64,000 bases of DNA, taken from contig OY760183.1 of NCBI GenBank assembly GCA_963663275.1, positions 224,001 to 288,000 on the forward strand. The letters are read 5' to 3'. Shown here piece after piece: positions 10,359 through 19,763 of this stretch. The translations under genes were made by a program, and so were the position numbers. Each line of letters starts with the position of its first letter. Within the stretch, counting starts at the first letter, position 1. The notes below the pieces were generated by a model. It was not told where the DNA came from. It saw only the letters and a program-made list of their open reading frames with translations, and searched no databases. This stretch comes from Chloroflexota bacterium. Its GTDB lineage: Bacteria > Chloroflexota > UBA11872 > VXOZ01.

Positions 10359-10393
10359 AAAGCAGGCCCGGGTGTGCAACCCGGGCCTGCTTT
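10359..10393 (-). terminator. Intrinsic terminator-like hairpin downstream of the solute-binding protein gene
   Basis: Perfect 15-bp stem aaagcaggcccgggt / acccgggcctgcttt with a 5-nt loop; T-rich tails on both strands. Confidence 0.75.
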
Positions 10394-10431
10394 CTCTTCG
10401 CCTCGATGCGGACGAACGCGCCGGCTGCGCG

Positions 10432-11826
10432 TTAGCAGATGCAGCCGCCCTCTTCCAGGGCGACCGTCGCCACCTGCTGCAACTCGTCCTGCACGTCTTG
10501 AACGGTGCGCGCGCCGTCCTCGATGTCCTTCCAGCCCTGGCTCCAGACGCCGTTGACCTCAGACTGCTTCACAATCTGCTTGGCGCCTTCGCTGATCTCC
10601 GCCATCTTGGCGTACACGTCAGCGTCCTCGTAGGGCCACAGGGTCACCGGGCTCTGCTTGCGGCTGGCCGTGTAGCGGCGGCCGCCCAGCCGGGCAATCT
10701 GCTGGTCGGACTCCGGCCCCACGAGAATCTTGTAGAGTTCCCAGGCCAAGTCCGCTTCCGGCGCGGACGAACTGAGGTAGTTCGCGTTGAGCGCCTGGAT
10801 GGTCTTGCGTCCGCCCGGACCCTCGGGCAGCATGGTGTGGCCGATGTTGAAGGGCTTGTCCTTGGTCATGATCTTTTCCTGGAAACTGCGCGTATTGGCG
10901 CCGCTTGCCAGGCGCGCGGCAAGGGTCTCCTCTTCGAAAGACGCCTTGGCGTCGTTCTCACGCGGCGTGCTGATGCGCGGCGAGACCTCGTGCTTGGTGA
11001 CCAGGTCCTGCGCCGCCTGCACCGCGGCCGCGAATTCGGGCGTGTTCATCGTCGCCGCGCTGATGTCGGCGTTCCACCAGTCGGCGCCCCAGGCCTTCAG
11101 GTGATGCCCGAACCAGCCGGTGGAGTGATAGGCGTAGAAGAAGCCCCAACGCGTCGTGTTCTGGCCTTCCTTCTTGGTGAGCTTCTGCGCGAACTCAAGC
11201 GCGGCGTCCCACGTCCACTTGCCTTCCGCCTCCAGTTCGGCCGGCGAGGTAAGGCCGGCTTCGGTCACCTGGTCGGCGTTGTACCAGAACTCTTTGCCCT
11301 GGTTGAACCAGGCAATGCCGTAGATCTGGCCGCCGATCTTCTCCAGCGCGTGATCGTAGAAGTCGCCGCGCGACACGTCGCCGTCCTTCGCGATGAACGG
11401 ATCCAGCGGCTGGATCATCTCCTGCTGGGCAAACTGGCTGATGTAGGAGAAGTGGCCGTAGTACATGTCGATCGGCACGTTGCCCGCGAACGAGGCCACG
11501 GCTTTCTCGATGAGTACCTTAAAACCGCCGGTTACCGGGTCCACTTCCAGGTTCACGTCCGGGAACTTCGCCCGGTAGGCGTCGAAGATCTGGCCGAAGT
11601 TATCCTCCCACACCGCCTGCGTGGTGGTGTAGTGCAGGTAACGCACGGTCTTCGGCTCCGCGGCCTTGGTTTCCTCAGCCGGCTTGGCCTCTTCTTCCTT
11701 CGGCGCCGGGGCTTCGCCCTCAGCCGGCGAGGCAGGCATAGCCTGTCCGCACGCAGCCGCCAGCATGCCCGCGCCAGCTATTAGGCTGCCGCCCAGCAAT
11801 GTTCGTCGCGTTACTTTCGCTTTCAC
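10432..11826 (-). CDS. ABC sugar-type extracellular solute-binding lipoprotein (Tat signal)
   Basis: GTG start with GGAGG RBS; TRRTLL twin-arginine, LAAAC lipobox, Pro/Glu/Ala linker, PLDPF, WTWD motifs. Confidence 0.88.
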   Translation of the reverse strand: MKAKVTRRTLLGGSLIAGAGMLAAACGQAMPASPAEGEAPAPKEEEAKPAEETKAAEPKTVRYLHYTTTQAVWEDNFGQIFDAYRAKFPDVNLEVDPVTGGFKVLIEKAVASFAGNVPIDMYYGHFSYISQFAQQEMIQPLDPFIAKDGDVSRGDFYDHALEKIGGQIYGIAWFNQGKEFWYNADQVTEAGLTSPAELEAEGKWTWDAALEFAQKLTKKEGQNTTRWGFFYAYHSTGWFGHHLKAWGADWWNADISAATMNTPEFAAAVQAAQDLVTKHEVSPRISTPRENDAKASFEEETLAARLASGANTRSFQEKIMTKDKPFNIGHTMLPEGPGGRKTIQALNANYLSSSAPEADLAWELYKILVGPESDQQIARLGGRRYTASRKQSPVTLWPYEDADVYAKMAEISEGAKQIVKQSEVNGVWSQGWKDIEDGARTVQDVQDELQQVATVALEEGGCIC

Positions 11827-12077
11827 GTTCTCTCCCTCCGTGAATGAAACGATACAAACGTACTTCCTAGTGGTCTCACCACCAATGCATAGTGTGCGCA
11901 CGCGGCGTCTATCTGTCAAGGAAACCGCGCGCGCAGCCCAGCGGCCGGTCATCCCGCTTGCCCGCCAAGCCCGCGACCGCCGTTGGCAGTAGTATACCAC
12001 CGCCGCGCCGGCAGGCAACCCGGCCGCGCTCAGGCCCACATTCGCCGCGTTTGACCGGCAAAGCGGGCGGCCCGGCG

Positions 12078-12839
12078 CTAGCGCGCCGTGAGGCCGCCGT
12101 CTATCACCAGTTCCGTGCCGGTGATGAACTCGGCGGCGTCGGAGGCCAGGTAGAGGGCGGCTTTGGCGACTTCGTCGGGTTGGCCCAGGCGGCCCATGGG
12201 CTGCCGCAGGCGCAGGTTTTCCATGGCGGCCGCCGGGTCGTCCTCGATGGCGAGCAGGCGCTGCACCCAGGGGGTTTCCACGGTGCCGGGGCAGACGCAG
12301 TTCACGCGGATGTTCTCAGCCACGTACTCGATGGCGACCTGCTTGGTGAGGGCGATCACCGCGCCTTTGGACGCGCTGTAGACCGCGCGCTTGGGCAGGC
12401 CGACCTGTCCCGCCACCGACGCGGTGTTCACGATGATGCCGCCGCCCTGGGCCAGCATGTAAGGAACCGCGTACTTGCAGCCCAGCCAGACGCCGCGCAC
12501 GTTCACCGCCATCACCCGGTCCCACTCCTCGGGGGTGACCTCCAGCACGCTGCCCACGTGGCCGATGCCGGCGTTGTTGCAGAGAATATCGATGCTGCCA
12601 AAGGCCTCGACCGTCTCGGCCATCAGGTGTTCCACGGCGTTCGGATCGGTCACGTCGGCGCTGAACGTCCGCATGGGGCGGCCAATTGCTTCCACGTCCG
12701 CCGCGGTCTTGGCGAGGCCCTCCACGTCCACGTCCGCGCCCATGATGCGCGCGCCTTCCCGCGCGAAGAGCGTCGCCATCTCGTACCCGATGCCGGACCC
12801 GGCGCCGGTAATGACCGCTACCTTATCTGCCAGTTTCAT
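12078..12839 (-). CDS. Short-chain dehydrogenase/reductase (SDR)
   Basis: TGAGSGIG, NNAG, YSASK catalytic motif, IDGG. Confidence 0.95.
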   Translation of the reverse strand: MKLADKVAVITGAGSGIGYEMATLFAREGARIMGADVDVEGLAKTAADVEAIGRPMRTFSADVTDPNAVEHLMAETVEAFGSIDILCNNAGIGHVGSVLEVTPEEWDRVMAVNVRGVWLGCKYAVPYMLAQGGGIIVNTASVAGQVGLPKRAVYSASKGAVIALTKQVAIEYVAENIRVNCVCPGTVETPWVQRLLAIEDDPAAAMENLRLRQPMGRLGQPDEVAKAALYLASDAAEFITGTELVIDGGLTAR

Positions 12840-12903
12840 GGATCACATTTCCCTCTTGGCTGGGTTCATTTACAGTAGATTCGACGGTTTCCCGCGCCTA
12901 GCG

Positions 12904-13043
12904 GAGACCATTGCGTAACTCTGTCATTCCGGCGAAAGCCGGAATCCAGACAGCATTTACACCTCACAATAGCTTGAGGTCAAGCCTTTCCACCCCCATC
13001 CCAACCTTCCCCCTCGATGGGGAAGGGGCTATGCAAAGGTCTC
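12904..13043. mobile_element. GAGACC-ended MITE (family B), intact 140 bp
   Basis: TIR gagaccattgcgta / tatgcaaaggtctc; direct repeat ctagcg on both sides (12898-12903 and 13044-13049, the latter including the stop of the EamA gene). Confidence 0.8.
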
Positions 13044-13460
13044 CTAGCGGGTGAGGAATACAATCGCCAGCGCGGCGAAGAGGATGCCGAGCGCGCGCAT
13101 CAGCGTCATCTGTTCGCCCAGGAAGAGCACCGCCAGTATCGCCGTCAGCACGGGATAGGTGCCGCTGGCGGGCGTGACGAGCGAGGCGTCGCCCAGGCGC
13201 AGGGCGTTGTAGAACCCGATGACGGCGCTGGCGGTGAACGCGGTCACGACCACGACCAGCGCCCAGACCTGCCAGGTTGGCGTAATCGAAATCGAGTTGG
13301 CGCGCTGCGCCCAGACCAACGGCAAGAGCAGCAGAACGGTGAAGATGCTCCGCACCCACACGAGATACGGCGCGCCAAAGTAGGGCGCGACCATCTTGCC
13401 GAAGAACGACGCCAGTCCCCACGATACGAACGCTACGCCAATCCAAAACCACAGCGCCAT
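13044..13460 (-). CDS. EamA/DMT family single-domain membrane protein
   Basis: Hydrophobic helices; FYNALRLGDASLVTP...YPVLTAILAVLFLGE motif. Confidence 0.85.
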   Translation of the reverse strand: MALWFWIGVAFVSWGLASFFGKMVAPYFGAPYLVWVRSIFTVLLLLPLVWAQRANSISITPTWQVWALVVVVTAFTASAVIGFYNALRLGDASLVTPASGTYPVLTAILAVLFLGEQMTLMRALGILFAALAIVFLTR

Positions 13461-13526
13461 AGCCGCTCCTACGTTCTTTGCTGCAACGGTTCCTACTTCG
13501 CGCCGCCGGCAGCCAACCCCTCACTC

Positions 13527-13720
13527 TAATGCCGTCGCACGAAGTTTCATGGTGAAAGCACAACGTCACACATCCCCGGTAGCGTAGGTTTGCAACCTGC
13601 GCACACGTGGGGTCTCTATGTGGAAACGGATTCCTCATGCGAGACCGCCGGTGATCGCTTTTCGTGCTTCACGCTCCGGCGGGGGACAAGCCCCCGCGCT
13701 ACGTTAGTGCGACAGTACTT
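13527..13720. mobile_element. MITE family D, copy 2
   Basis: TIR taatgccgtcgcac / gtgcgacagtactt; flanks acccctcactc vs ccccctcaccc (9/11); carries two GTAG-REP hairpins. Confidence 0.65.
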
Positions 13721-14015
13721 CCCCCTCACCCCGGCCGGCCCAGGGAGAGGGAACTCCCTGCCCGCGCGCCCGGCGCGCTTCCTCTGCAACTATAGCAAAC
13801 CTGTCTGTGGGCTGCGGAGTCCGCTCTCCATGCGGCTACCTTTGGTCTGCGCGCTGCGGAAATGGCTCTGCAACGCGGCGACACGTGGCCCGTTCGCTTC
13901 TTCGCTATACTAAGAGCACATTGAGCCGGACCGCACGCTCCGGCGGGCAACACGCTCCGGCGGGCGGCGCGCTGCGGCATAACCCACCCAAGCAGACCTG
14001 GAGGCACGCACACCA

Positions 14016-15110
14016 ATGGACCTTACCGTCGGCGTACTCGGTACCGGGCGCATGGCGCAACTGCACAGCGCGGCATTGCGCTCAATTCAAGAAAAGGGCT
14101 TGACCATCGACGGCGAGCGCCACCACGTCGCCGTCGCCCTCTACGGGCGCGATCCCGCGAAAGTCGCGCCGCTCGCCGCGGCCTGCAATGCCGCCAAGAC
14201 GAGCACCGACCTGGAAAGCTTCATCGACGACCCCGACCTTAGCGCAATCGACAACTGCCTCGTCAACCGCCTGCACTTCCAGCCGCTCTTGCGGGCCATC
14301 CAGAACGGCAAGCACGTCTACACGGACAAGCCGCTGACCAATACCGCCGCGGAAGGCCGCTACCTGCTGCGCGCGGCGCGGCAGGCCGGCGTGCGGCACG
14401 GCATCGTGCAGAACATGCGCTTCCAGGCCGGGCCGGCCAAAGCCAAGGAGATCATCGCCTCCGGCGCGCTGGGCCGCATTCTGCACGCGCGGGGTGTGTT
14501 CGGCTACTTCGTGCCGCAGCGGGTGGAGAACCGGCCGGCGTGGTTCTACCAAAAGGACGAGGCCGGCGGCGGCATCGTGCACGACATGATGGCGCACTTC
14601 TTCGACCTGCTGGGCTGGATGATCGGCCCCATCGAGCGCGTCTCGTGCGACATGACGAACGTCTTTGCGGAGCGCGAGACGCCGGAAGGCGAGCGTTTTC
14701 GCTCGGAAGTCGAAGACGCGGCCACGGTGCAGATGCGCTTCGCGAACGGCGCGTTGGGCGACGTGTTCGTCTCCTGGGCGCGGCGCAAGCACGAAGAGGT
14801 GCCGTTCTTCGAGATCGACGGCGAGGACGGCAGCTTGATCTTCAGCTTCAACGCCATGCGCCAGCAACTCCAGGCCGACACCCCCGGCTTTCGCTACGAT
14901 CCGACCCAACTCCAGGCCGACCCCATGACTGGCTGGGAACCGGTGGCCCTGGAAGGCGGCGACCCGTTTGAAATCCAACTGCGGGCATTCCTGGAAGCCA
15001 TCGTCACCGGCGCGCCCGCCAAGCCCGACTGGGAAGACGGCGTGCGTGCGTTGGAACTGGTGGAAGCGGCGTACGAGTCCGTGGAACATGGCAGAGCGGT
15101 GCGCGTGTGA
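14016..15110 (+). CDS. Gfo/Idh/MocA family oxidoreductase
   Basis: GVLGTGRMA, GKHVYTDKPL, GGGIVHDMMAH; GGAGG RBS. Confidence 0.92.
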   Translation: MDLTVGVLGTGRMAQLHSAALRSIQEKGLTIDGERHHVAVALYGRDPAKVAPLAAACNAAKTSTDLESFIDDPDLSAIDNCLVNRLHFQPLLRAIQNGKHVYTDKPLTNTAAEGRYLLRAARQAGVRHGIVQNMRFQAGPAKAKEIIASGALGRILHARGVFGYFVPQRVENRPAWFYQKDEAGGGIVHDMMAHFFDLLGWMIGPIERVSCDMTNVFAERETPEGERFRSEVEDAATVQMRFANGALGDVFVSWARRKHEEVPFFEIDGEDGSLIFSFNAMRQQLQADTPGFRYDPTQLQADPMTGWEPVALEGGDPFEIQLRAFLEAIVTGAPAKPDWEDGVRALELVEAAYESVEHGRAVRV

Positions 15111-15155
15111 GCGCTCTTGTCAGAGTAGCGAGCCAATGACCCTGCAAGAGGCGCC

Positions 15156-15185
15156 TTGCATTCAATGTATCCTGTGGCCTACAAT
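15156..15185 (+). promoter_or_regulatory. Putative sigma70 promoter with overlapping operator for the TA operon
   Basis: TTGCAT-18 nt-TACAAT; imperfect palindrome tgtatcc-tgt-ggcctaca overlaps it; ATG 15192 lies 7 nt after the -10 box (leaderless-like). Confidence 0.55.
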
Positions 15186-15191
15186 ATGGTG

Positions 15192-15482
15192 ATGGTCGAG
15201 GTTCGCCAAACCGAAGTCTATGCCCGCTGGTTCAGACGGCTTAGGGACGGGCAAGCCAGAGTGAGAATCGACAGCCGCATCCGGCGGCTGTCCCTGGGTA
15301 ACCCCGGCGACGTTAGGCCGGTGGGAGAGGGAGTGTCGGAGATTCGGATCGACTACGGACCCGGCTACCGGGTGTACTTTGTGCAGAGAGGTGAGGCACT
15401 GGTCGTCCTTCTGGCCGGAGGCGACAAGAAAAGCCAAGTACGGGACATACGTAGGGCGCTGGCACTCGCCAGAGGACTCTAG
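15192..15482 (+). CDS. Type II TA toxin, RelE/HigB-like addiction-module killer protein
   Basis: GNPGDVRPVGEGVSEIRIDYGPGYRVYF...LLAGGDK signature. Confidence 0.92.
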   Translation: MVEVRQTEVYARWFRRLRDGQARVRIDSRIRRLSLGNPGDVRPVGEGVSEIRIDYGPGYRVYFVQRGEALVVLLAGGDKKSQVRDIRRALALARGL

Positions 15483-15491
15483 GAGGCAGCT

Positions 15492-15797
15492 ATGGCAAAG
15501 ACGCAGACAAGGCCGTGGGACCCGGCAGAGCATCTGGAGACCAAGGAGGACATGGCGGCATATCTGAACGCCGCGCTGGAAGACGGTGACCTGAGCCTGA
15601 TCATGGCGGCCCTTGGAGACATTGCCCGCGCCCAGCGCATGGCGGTAGTGGCACAGGAATCGGGACTGGGCAGGGAGAGCCTGTACAAGTCTCTTTCAGC
15701 CAACGGCAACCCGGAGTTCGCCACCGTGCTGAAGGTGGTGCGCGCTCTGGGACTCAGACTTCAAGCCGCAGTTGGGCCTGTTGCGATCGGCGAGTAA
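15492..15797 (+). CDS. Type II TA antitoxin, addiction-module antidote (Cro/XRE HTH)
   Basis: WDPAEHL...AYL, ALGDIARA, RESLYKSLS..GNPEFATVLKV; AGGAGG RBS. Confidence 0.92.
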   Translation: MAKTQTRPWDPAEHLETKEDMAAYLNAALEDGDLSLIMAALGDIARAQRMAVVAQESGLGRESLYKSLSANGNPEFATVLKVVRALGLRLQAAVGPVAIGE

Positions 15798-15861
15798 GCG
15801 ACGCAATTTGGATAACACCTAGCTAACCAACGCAGAAATCCAGCGACCGCAAGGAGACGCC

Positions 15862-17490
15862 ATGACCCCTTCCGACCGGGCATCCCGCGCTCCCAGGTAC
15901 ACCTTCGCCGATACCCTCGACGCGCAGGAAGCCCAGCTTCGCGCTAACCCGCTGGTGCGGCGCATGGCCGCGTCCCGCAAGGCGCTGGCGGGCGACCCCC
16001 ACCGCCCGCTGTACCACTTCGTCAGTCCCGAGAACACACTGAACGACCCCAACGGGCTCTGCTTCTGGCAGGGACGCTGGCACCTCTTCTACCAGGGCTA
16101 CCCACCGGAAGACCCCCGGCCCCACTGGGGGCATGCCGTCAGCGACGACCTCATCCACTGGCGCGACCTGCCGTATGCTATCTACCCCGATCCGGAGGAG
16201 AGTTGCTACTCCGGCGGGACTCTCGTCGAAGACGATCGGGTCATAGCCATCTACCACGGGACGCAGGTGGGCAACATGGTCGCCGTCTCCCGCGACCCGC
16301 TCCTCCTCAACTGGGAGAAGGTCATAGGGCAGGCGGTCATCCCCATTCCGGCAGACGACGGCTCACCCAGAGAGTATGCGGTCTACGATCCCTGCATCTG
16401 GAAGCGCGGCGGCGTCTACTACTCCCTCTCCGGCGGCGCGCTAACCGACGGCCCCGGCGGCCGGCGCGTTGCCGCCGACTTCCTCTTCCGTTCGCGGGAT
16501 CTCGAAACCTGGGAGTACCTGCACCCCTTCACCGAGGATGACCGGTTCACGCTGGTGGGCGACGATGGCGCATGCCCCTATTTCTGGCCGATCGGCGACC
16601 GCCACATGCTCCTCTTCTTCAGCCACGTGAGCGGCGGCCAGTACCTGCTCGGCGACTACGACGAGGACCGCGACAAGCTGGTCGTCACCGCCCACGGCCT
16701 CTTCAACTTCGGCCCGGCGGTCCCGTCAGGCGTCCACGCTCCATCCGCCGCGCCCGACGGACAGGGCGGCATCATCGTGCTGTTCAACATGAACCCCGGA
16801 TTGCCCACCAAGGGCTGGAACCAGATCATGACCCTCCCCAGGCGTCTTACCCTGGCGGGAGACGACGACGTGCGCGTGGAGCCTACCGGCGACATCGAGT
16901 CCCTCAGGCATGACCACAGGCGCGTCGGGCCGATGGAACTCCCCGCCAACGAGGAAGTGGCGCTGGCAGGCATCGCGGGCAACGCGCTGGAACTGGCGCT
17001 GGAGCTCGACCCCGGCGCGGCGCCTATGGTCGAACTGAACGTCCTCCGGTCCCCGGGCCGGGAGGAGTACACGCGCATCGCCTTCTACAAGGATCGCGGC
17101 TTCAAGGTACAGCGCCCCGCCGTCCGGCCCGGCGCGGTGCACCACACCGGCCAGGTCGCCATCGGCGGCGCCACGCGCCCGCGGCCCGTCGACCGCTTTG
17201 AAAGCCTGCTGACCCTCGACTCTTCCTATTCGTCAACCCTGCCCGGCGCACTCTCCCGCGCTCCCGAGACGGCCCCTCTCCGGCTGGATCCGGACGAGCC
17301 GCTCAGGCTCCGGGTATTCGTCGACCGCAGCGTGGTAGAGGTCTTCGCGAACGGCAAACAATGCGCCGCGGTCCGCGTCTATCCCGGACGAGACGACAGC
17401 ACCGGCGTCTCCCTGCGCGCCCAAGGCAGCCCCGCCCACCTCCGTTCCCTCGACGCCTGGCAGATGCGGAGCATCTACACCCAGCATTAG
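15862..17490 (+). CDS. Glycoside hydrolase family 32-like protein
   Basis: RPLYHF, LNDPNG, WHLFYQ, HWGHAVS.DLIHW, YSG, C-terminal LRVFVDRSVVEVFANG. Confidence 0.9.
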   Translation: MTPSDRASRAPRYTFADTLDAQEAQLRANPLVRRMAASRKALAGDPHRPLYHFVSPENTLNDPNGLCFWQGRWHLFYQGYPPEDPRPHWGHAVSDDLIHWRDLPYAIYPDPEESCYSGGTLVEDDRVIAIYHGTQVGNMVAVSRDPLLLNWEKVIGQAVIPIPADDGSPREYAVYDPCIWKRGGVYYSLSGGALTDGPGGRRVAADFLFRSRDLETWEYLHPFTEDDRFTLVGDDGACPYFWPIGDRHMLLFFSHVSGGQYLLGDYDEDRDKLVVTAHGLFNFGPAVPSGVHAPSAAPDGQGGIIVLFNMNPGLPTKGWNQIMTLPRRLTLAGDDDVRVEPTGDIESLRHDHRRVGPMELPANEEVALAGIAGNALELALELDPGAAPMVELNVLRSPGREEYTRIAFYKDRGFKVQRPAVRPGAVHHTGQVAIGGATRPRPVDRFESLLTLDSSYSSTLPGALSRAPETAPLRLDPDEPLRLRVFVDRSVVEVFANGKQCAAVRVYPGRDDSTGVSLRAQGSPAHLRSLDAWQMRSIYTQH

Positions 17491-17603
17491 GGCGGCCCGT
17501 CTCGGCGAGGTCGTCGTTTGCGGCTCGCCAGGCGCTGTACCGGCATTAGTCGCATTGTCCGGTTGTCGGCAAGCGCGCGCGGAGCGCCACTGGGTACACG
17601 AGT

Positions 17604-18458
17604 CTAGTCCTGCGTCACCTTCTGCCAGTCCGCGCTGGGTTCCAGGCCGCCGACGTTGGTCAGGGCCTGGTTCAGGCGGTACACCGTGTGGTTGCCGATG
17701 CGGGCCTGGAGCGGGTCCTGGCCCTGGAGCCAGATCGGCCACACCTTGTGCAGGTTGCCACCGAGTTGGATGCTATCGCCGGCGGCAATCTGGTAGACCA
17801 GGCCCCGCCGGGGCGTATCGCTGTGGTTCGGATACGAGGCGTGCAACATGCAGCAGTGGTGGATGGTCATCGAGCCGGCCGGCACCACCAGGTCCACCAC
17901 GTTGCCGCGCGCCGCGTCGTCCTCGTATTCACGCGGTTCGGTGCAGCGGCCGGTAAACTTGCCGCTCTCATCGTCGTAGTGGTCAACCGGCCCGCGCAGG
18001 TGGCTGCCGGGAATCACCCTCATGCAGCCATTCTCCGGCACGGCGTCGTCCAGCAGGAACATGCACGCCAGCAAGTCGTAGTTGGTGTGGGGGAAGAAGG
18101 GGAAGTCCTGGTGCCAGCCCACCTCGCCCTTGCCCTTGGCCGGCGGCTTCCAGTTGAGCTTGCAGTGCTGCAGGCGCAGATTCTCGCCAATAAGCTGCGT
18201 CACCGCCCCCAGCAACACCGGATGCTTTGCGGCCTGCATGAAGGCGTCGTCGAAGAGCGCCACGTTGTGGATTACCGCCAGGCGGTCGTCGCCGGCCAGG
18301 CGGGCGCGCTCTTCCTTTAGCCGTTCCGACGCCGCTTGCAGTCCCTGTAGTTCAGCCGCCGAGAGCACGTCTTCCAGGATGAGATACCCATGCCGCCGGT
18401 AGAACGCGACCTGGTCGTCGCTCAGGACCTTTTCCTGGGTTGCGGGAGACGTCGCCAT
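17604..18458 (-). CDS. PhyH family dioxygenase
   Basis: GWHQDFPFFPHT, ENGCMRVIPGSH, LHAS.PN. Confidence 0.92.
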   Translation of the reverse strand: MATSPATQEKVLSDDQVAFYRRHGYLILEDVLSAAELQGLQAASERLKEERARLAGDDRLAVIHNVALFDDAFMQAAKHPVLLGAVTQLIGENLRLQHCKLNWKPPAKGKGEVGWHQDFPFFPHTNYDLLACMFLLDDAVPENGCMRVIPGSHLRGPVDHYDDESGKFTGRCTEPREYEDDAARGNVVDLVVPAGSMTIHHCCMLHASYPNHSDTPRRGLVYQIAAGDSIQLGGNLHKVWPIWLQGQDPLQARIGNHTVYRLNQALTNVGGLEPSADWQKVTQD

Positions 18459-18639
18459 GGGTTATCTGCTCCTTGATTACCGTCGTAAACATGTTTGGCG
18501 CACGTGTGCCTATCGGACAAGGGTATGGTGACACCGGATCAGTTCCAGCACAAGCCCGTAGTCCGTCAATCTATGGAAATTACGCCACGTGGCCGTCTTT
18601 CCCGCGAAAGCGGGAAGCCATCTTCAGAGTTGCGTGTGT

Positions 18640-18812
18640 GACATGCCATTGCGGGGGACAAGCCCCCGCGCTACGTTTACTACATGTGCCATTCGCCATT
18701 GCGGGGGACAAGCTCCCGCGCTACGTTAACTACGTCTGCCATTCGCCATGCGGGGGACAAGCCCCCGCGCTACGTTAACGCGACAGCATTGGGGACACGT
18801 CCCCGCGCTACG
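18640..18812. repeat. Tandem array of ~49-50-bp units containing the REP GCGGGGGACAAGCCCCCGCGCTAC (3 copies plus a partial)
   Basis: Copies at about 18651, 18701 and 18750, each preceded by gccat(t). Confidence 0.85.
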
Positions 18813-18874
18813 TTCTCCCTGCCGTTCACGCGAACCCTGGACTCCGGCGTTCGCCGGCGTGACGGAACAGCGGC

Positions 18875-19705
18875 TCACTTCTCGCTCGGTTCCAAGCCAC
18901 CGGCGTTGGTGAGCGGACGACTCAGCCGGAAGACCGTGCCGTCTCCCATGCGCGCGCGCAGCGGATCCTCGCCCTGGAGCCAAAGCGGCCACACCTTGTA
19001 CAGATGGCCGCCGAGTTGGATGCTGTCGCCGGCGGCAATCTGGTAGATCAGGCCCCGCCGGGGCGTGTCGCTGTTGTTGGGATAAGAAGAATGCACGATG
19101 CAGCAGTGGTGGATCGTGATCGAACCGGCCGGCGCGATAAGGTCCACTACGTTGCCGCGCGCCAGATCGTCAGCGTAGTCCGCCGGATCGGTGCAGTGTC
19201 GCGCGAAAGTCCCATCCGCGGCAAAATGGTCGACCGGGCCGCGCAGATGGCTGCCGGGAATCACGCGCATGCAACCGTTCTCCGGCACGGAGTCGTCCAG
19301 AAGGATCATACAAGCAAGCAGGTCAAAGTTGGTGTGAGGCAGAAATGGAAAATCCTGGTGCCAGTCCACCTCGCCGGCGCCTTTGGTGGGCGGTTTCCAG
19401 TTCAGCTTGCAGTGCTGCAGGCGCAAGTTTGCGCCGATGAGCTGTGTCACCGCAGCCAGCATCAGCGGATGGCGCGCAGCGCGCATGAAGGCGTCGTCCA
19501 GCAGCGCAAAGTCCATGATGGCGACGATATTGTCCTTGCCGCCCCGCCGGACGCGCTCATCGCGCAGGCCCTCTGTGGCAACGCGCAGTTCTTGCAATTC
19601 AGCCACAGACAGCACGTTTTCGAGGATCAGGTAGCCGTGCCGGTGGTAGAAGGCGACCTGATCGTCGTTTAAGACCTTATCCTGCGTAGCGGTAGCGTTT
19701 CCCAT
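18875..19705 (-). CDS. PhyH family dioxygenase, tandem paralog of 17604-18458
   Basis: DWHQDFPFLPHT; near-identical C-terminal half; start taken at MGNATATQ. Confidence 0.92.
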   Translation of the reverse strand: MGNATATQDKVLNDDQVAFYHRHGYLILENVLSVAELQELRVATEGLRDERVRRGGKDNIVAIMDFALLDDAFMRAARHPLMLAAVTQLIGANLRLQHCKLNWKPPTKGAGEVDWHQDFPFLPHTNFDLLACMILLDDSVPENGCMRVIPGSHLRGPVDHFAADGTFARHCTDPADYADDLARGNVVDLIAPAGSITIHHCCIVHSSYPNNSDTPRRGLIYQIAAGDSIQLGGHLYKVWPLWLQGEDPLRARMGDGTVFRLSRPLTNAGGLEPSEK

Positions 19706-19763
19706 TACGTCTATCTCTTCAGCGGGTGATTCGAGCGATTCTTGCACAAAATCAAAGCGCGCT

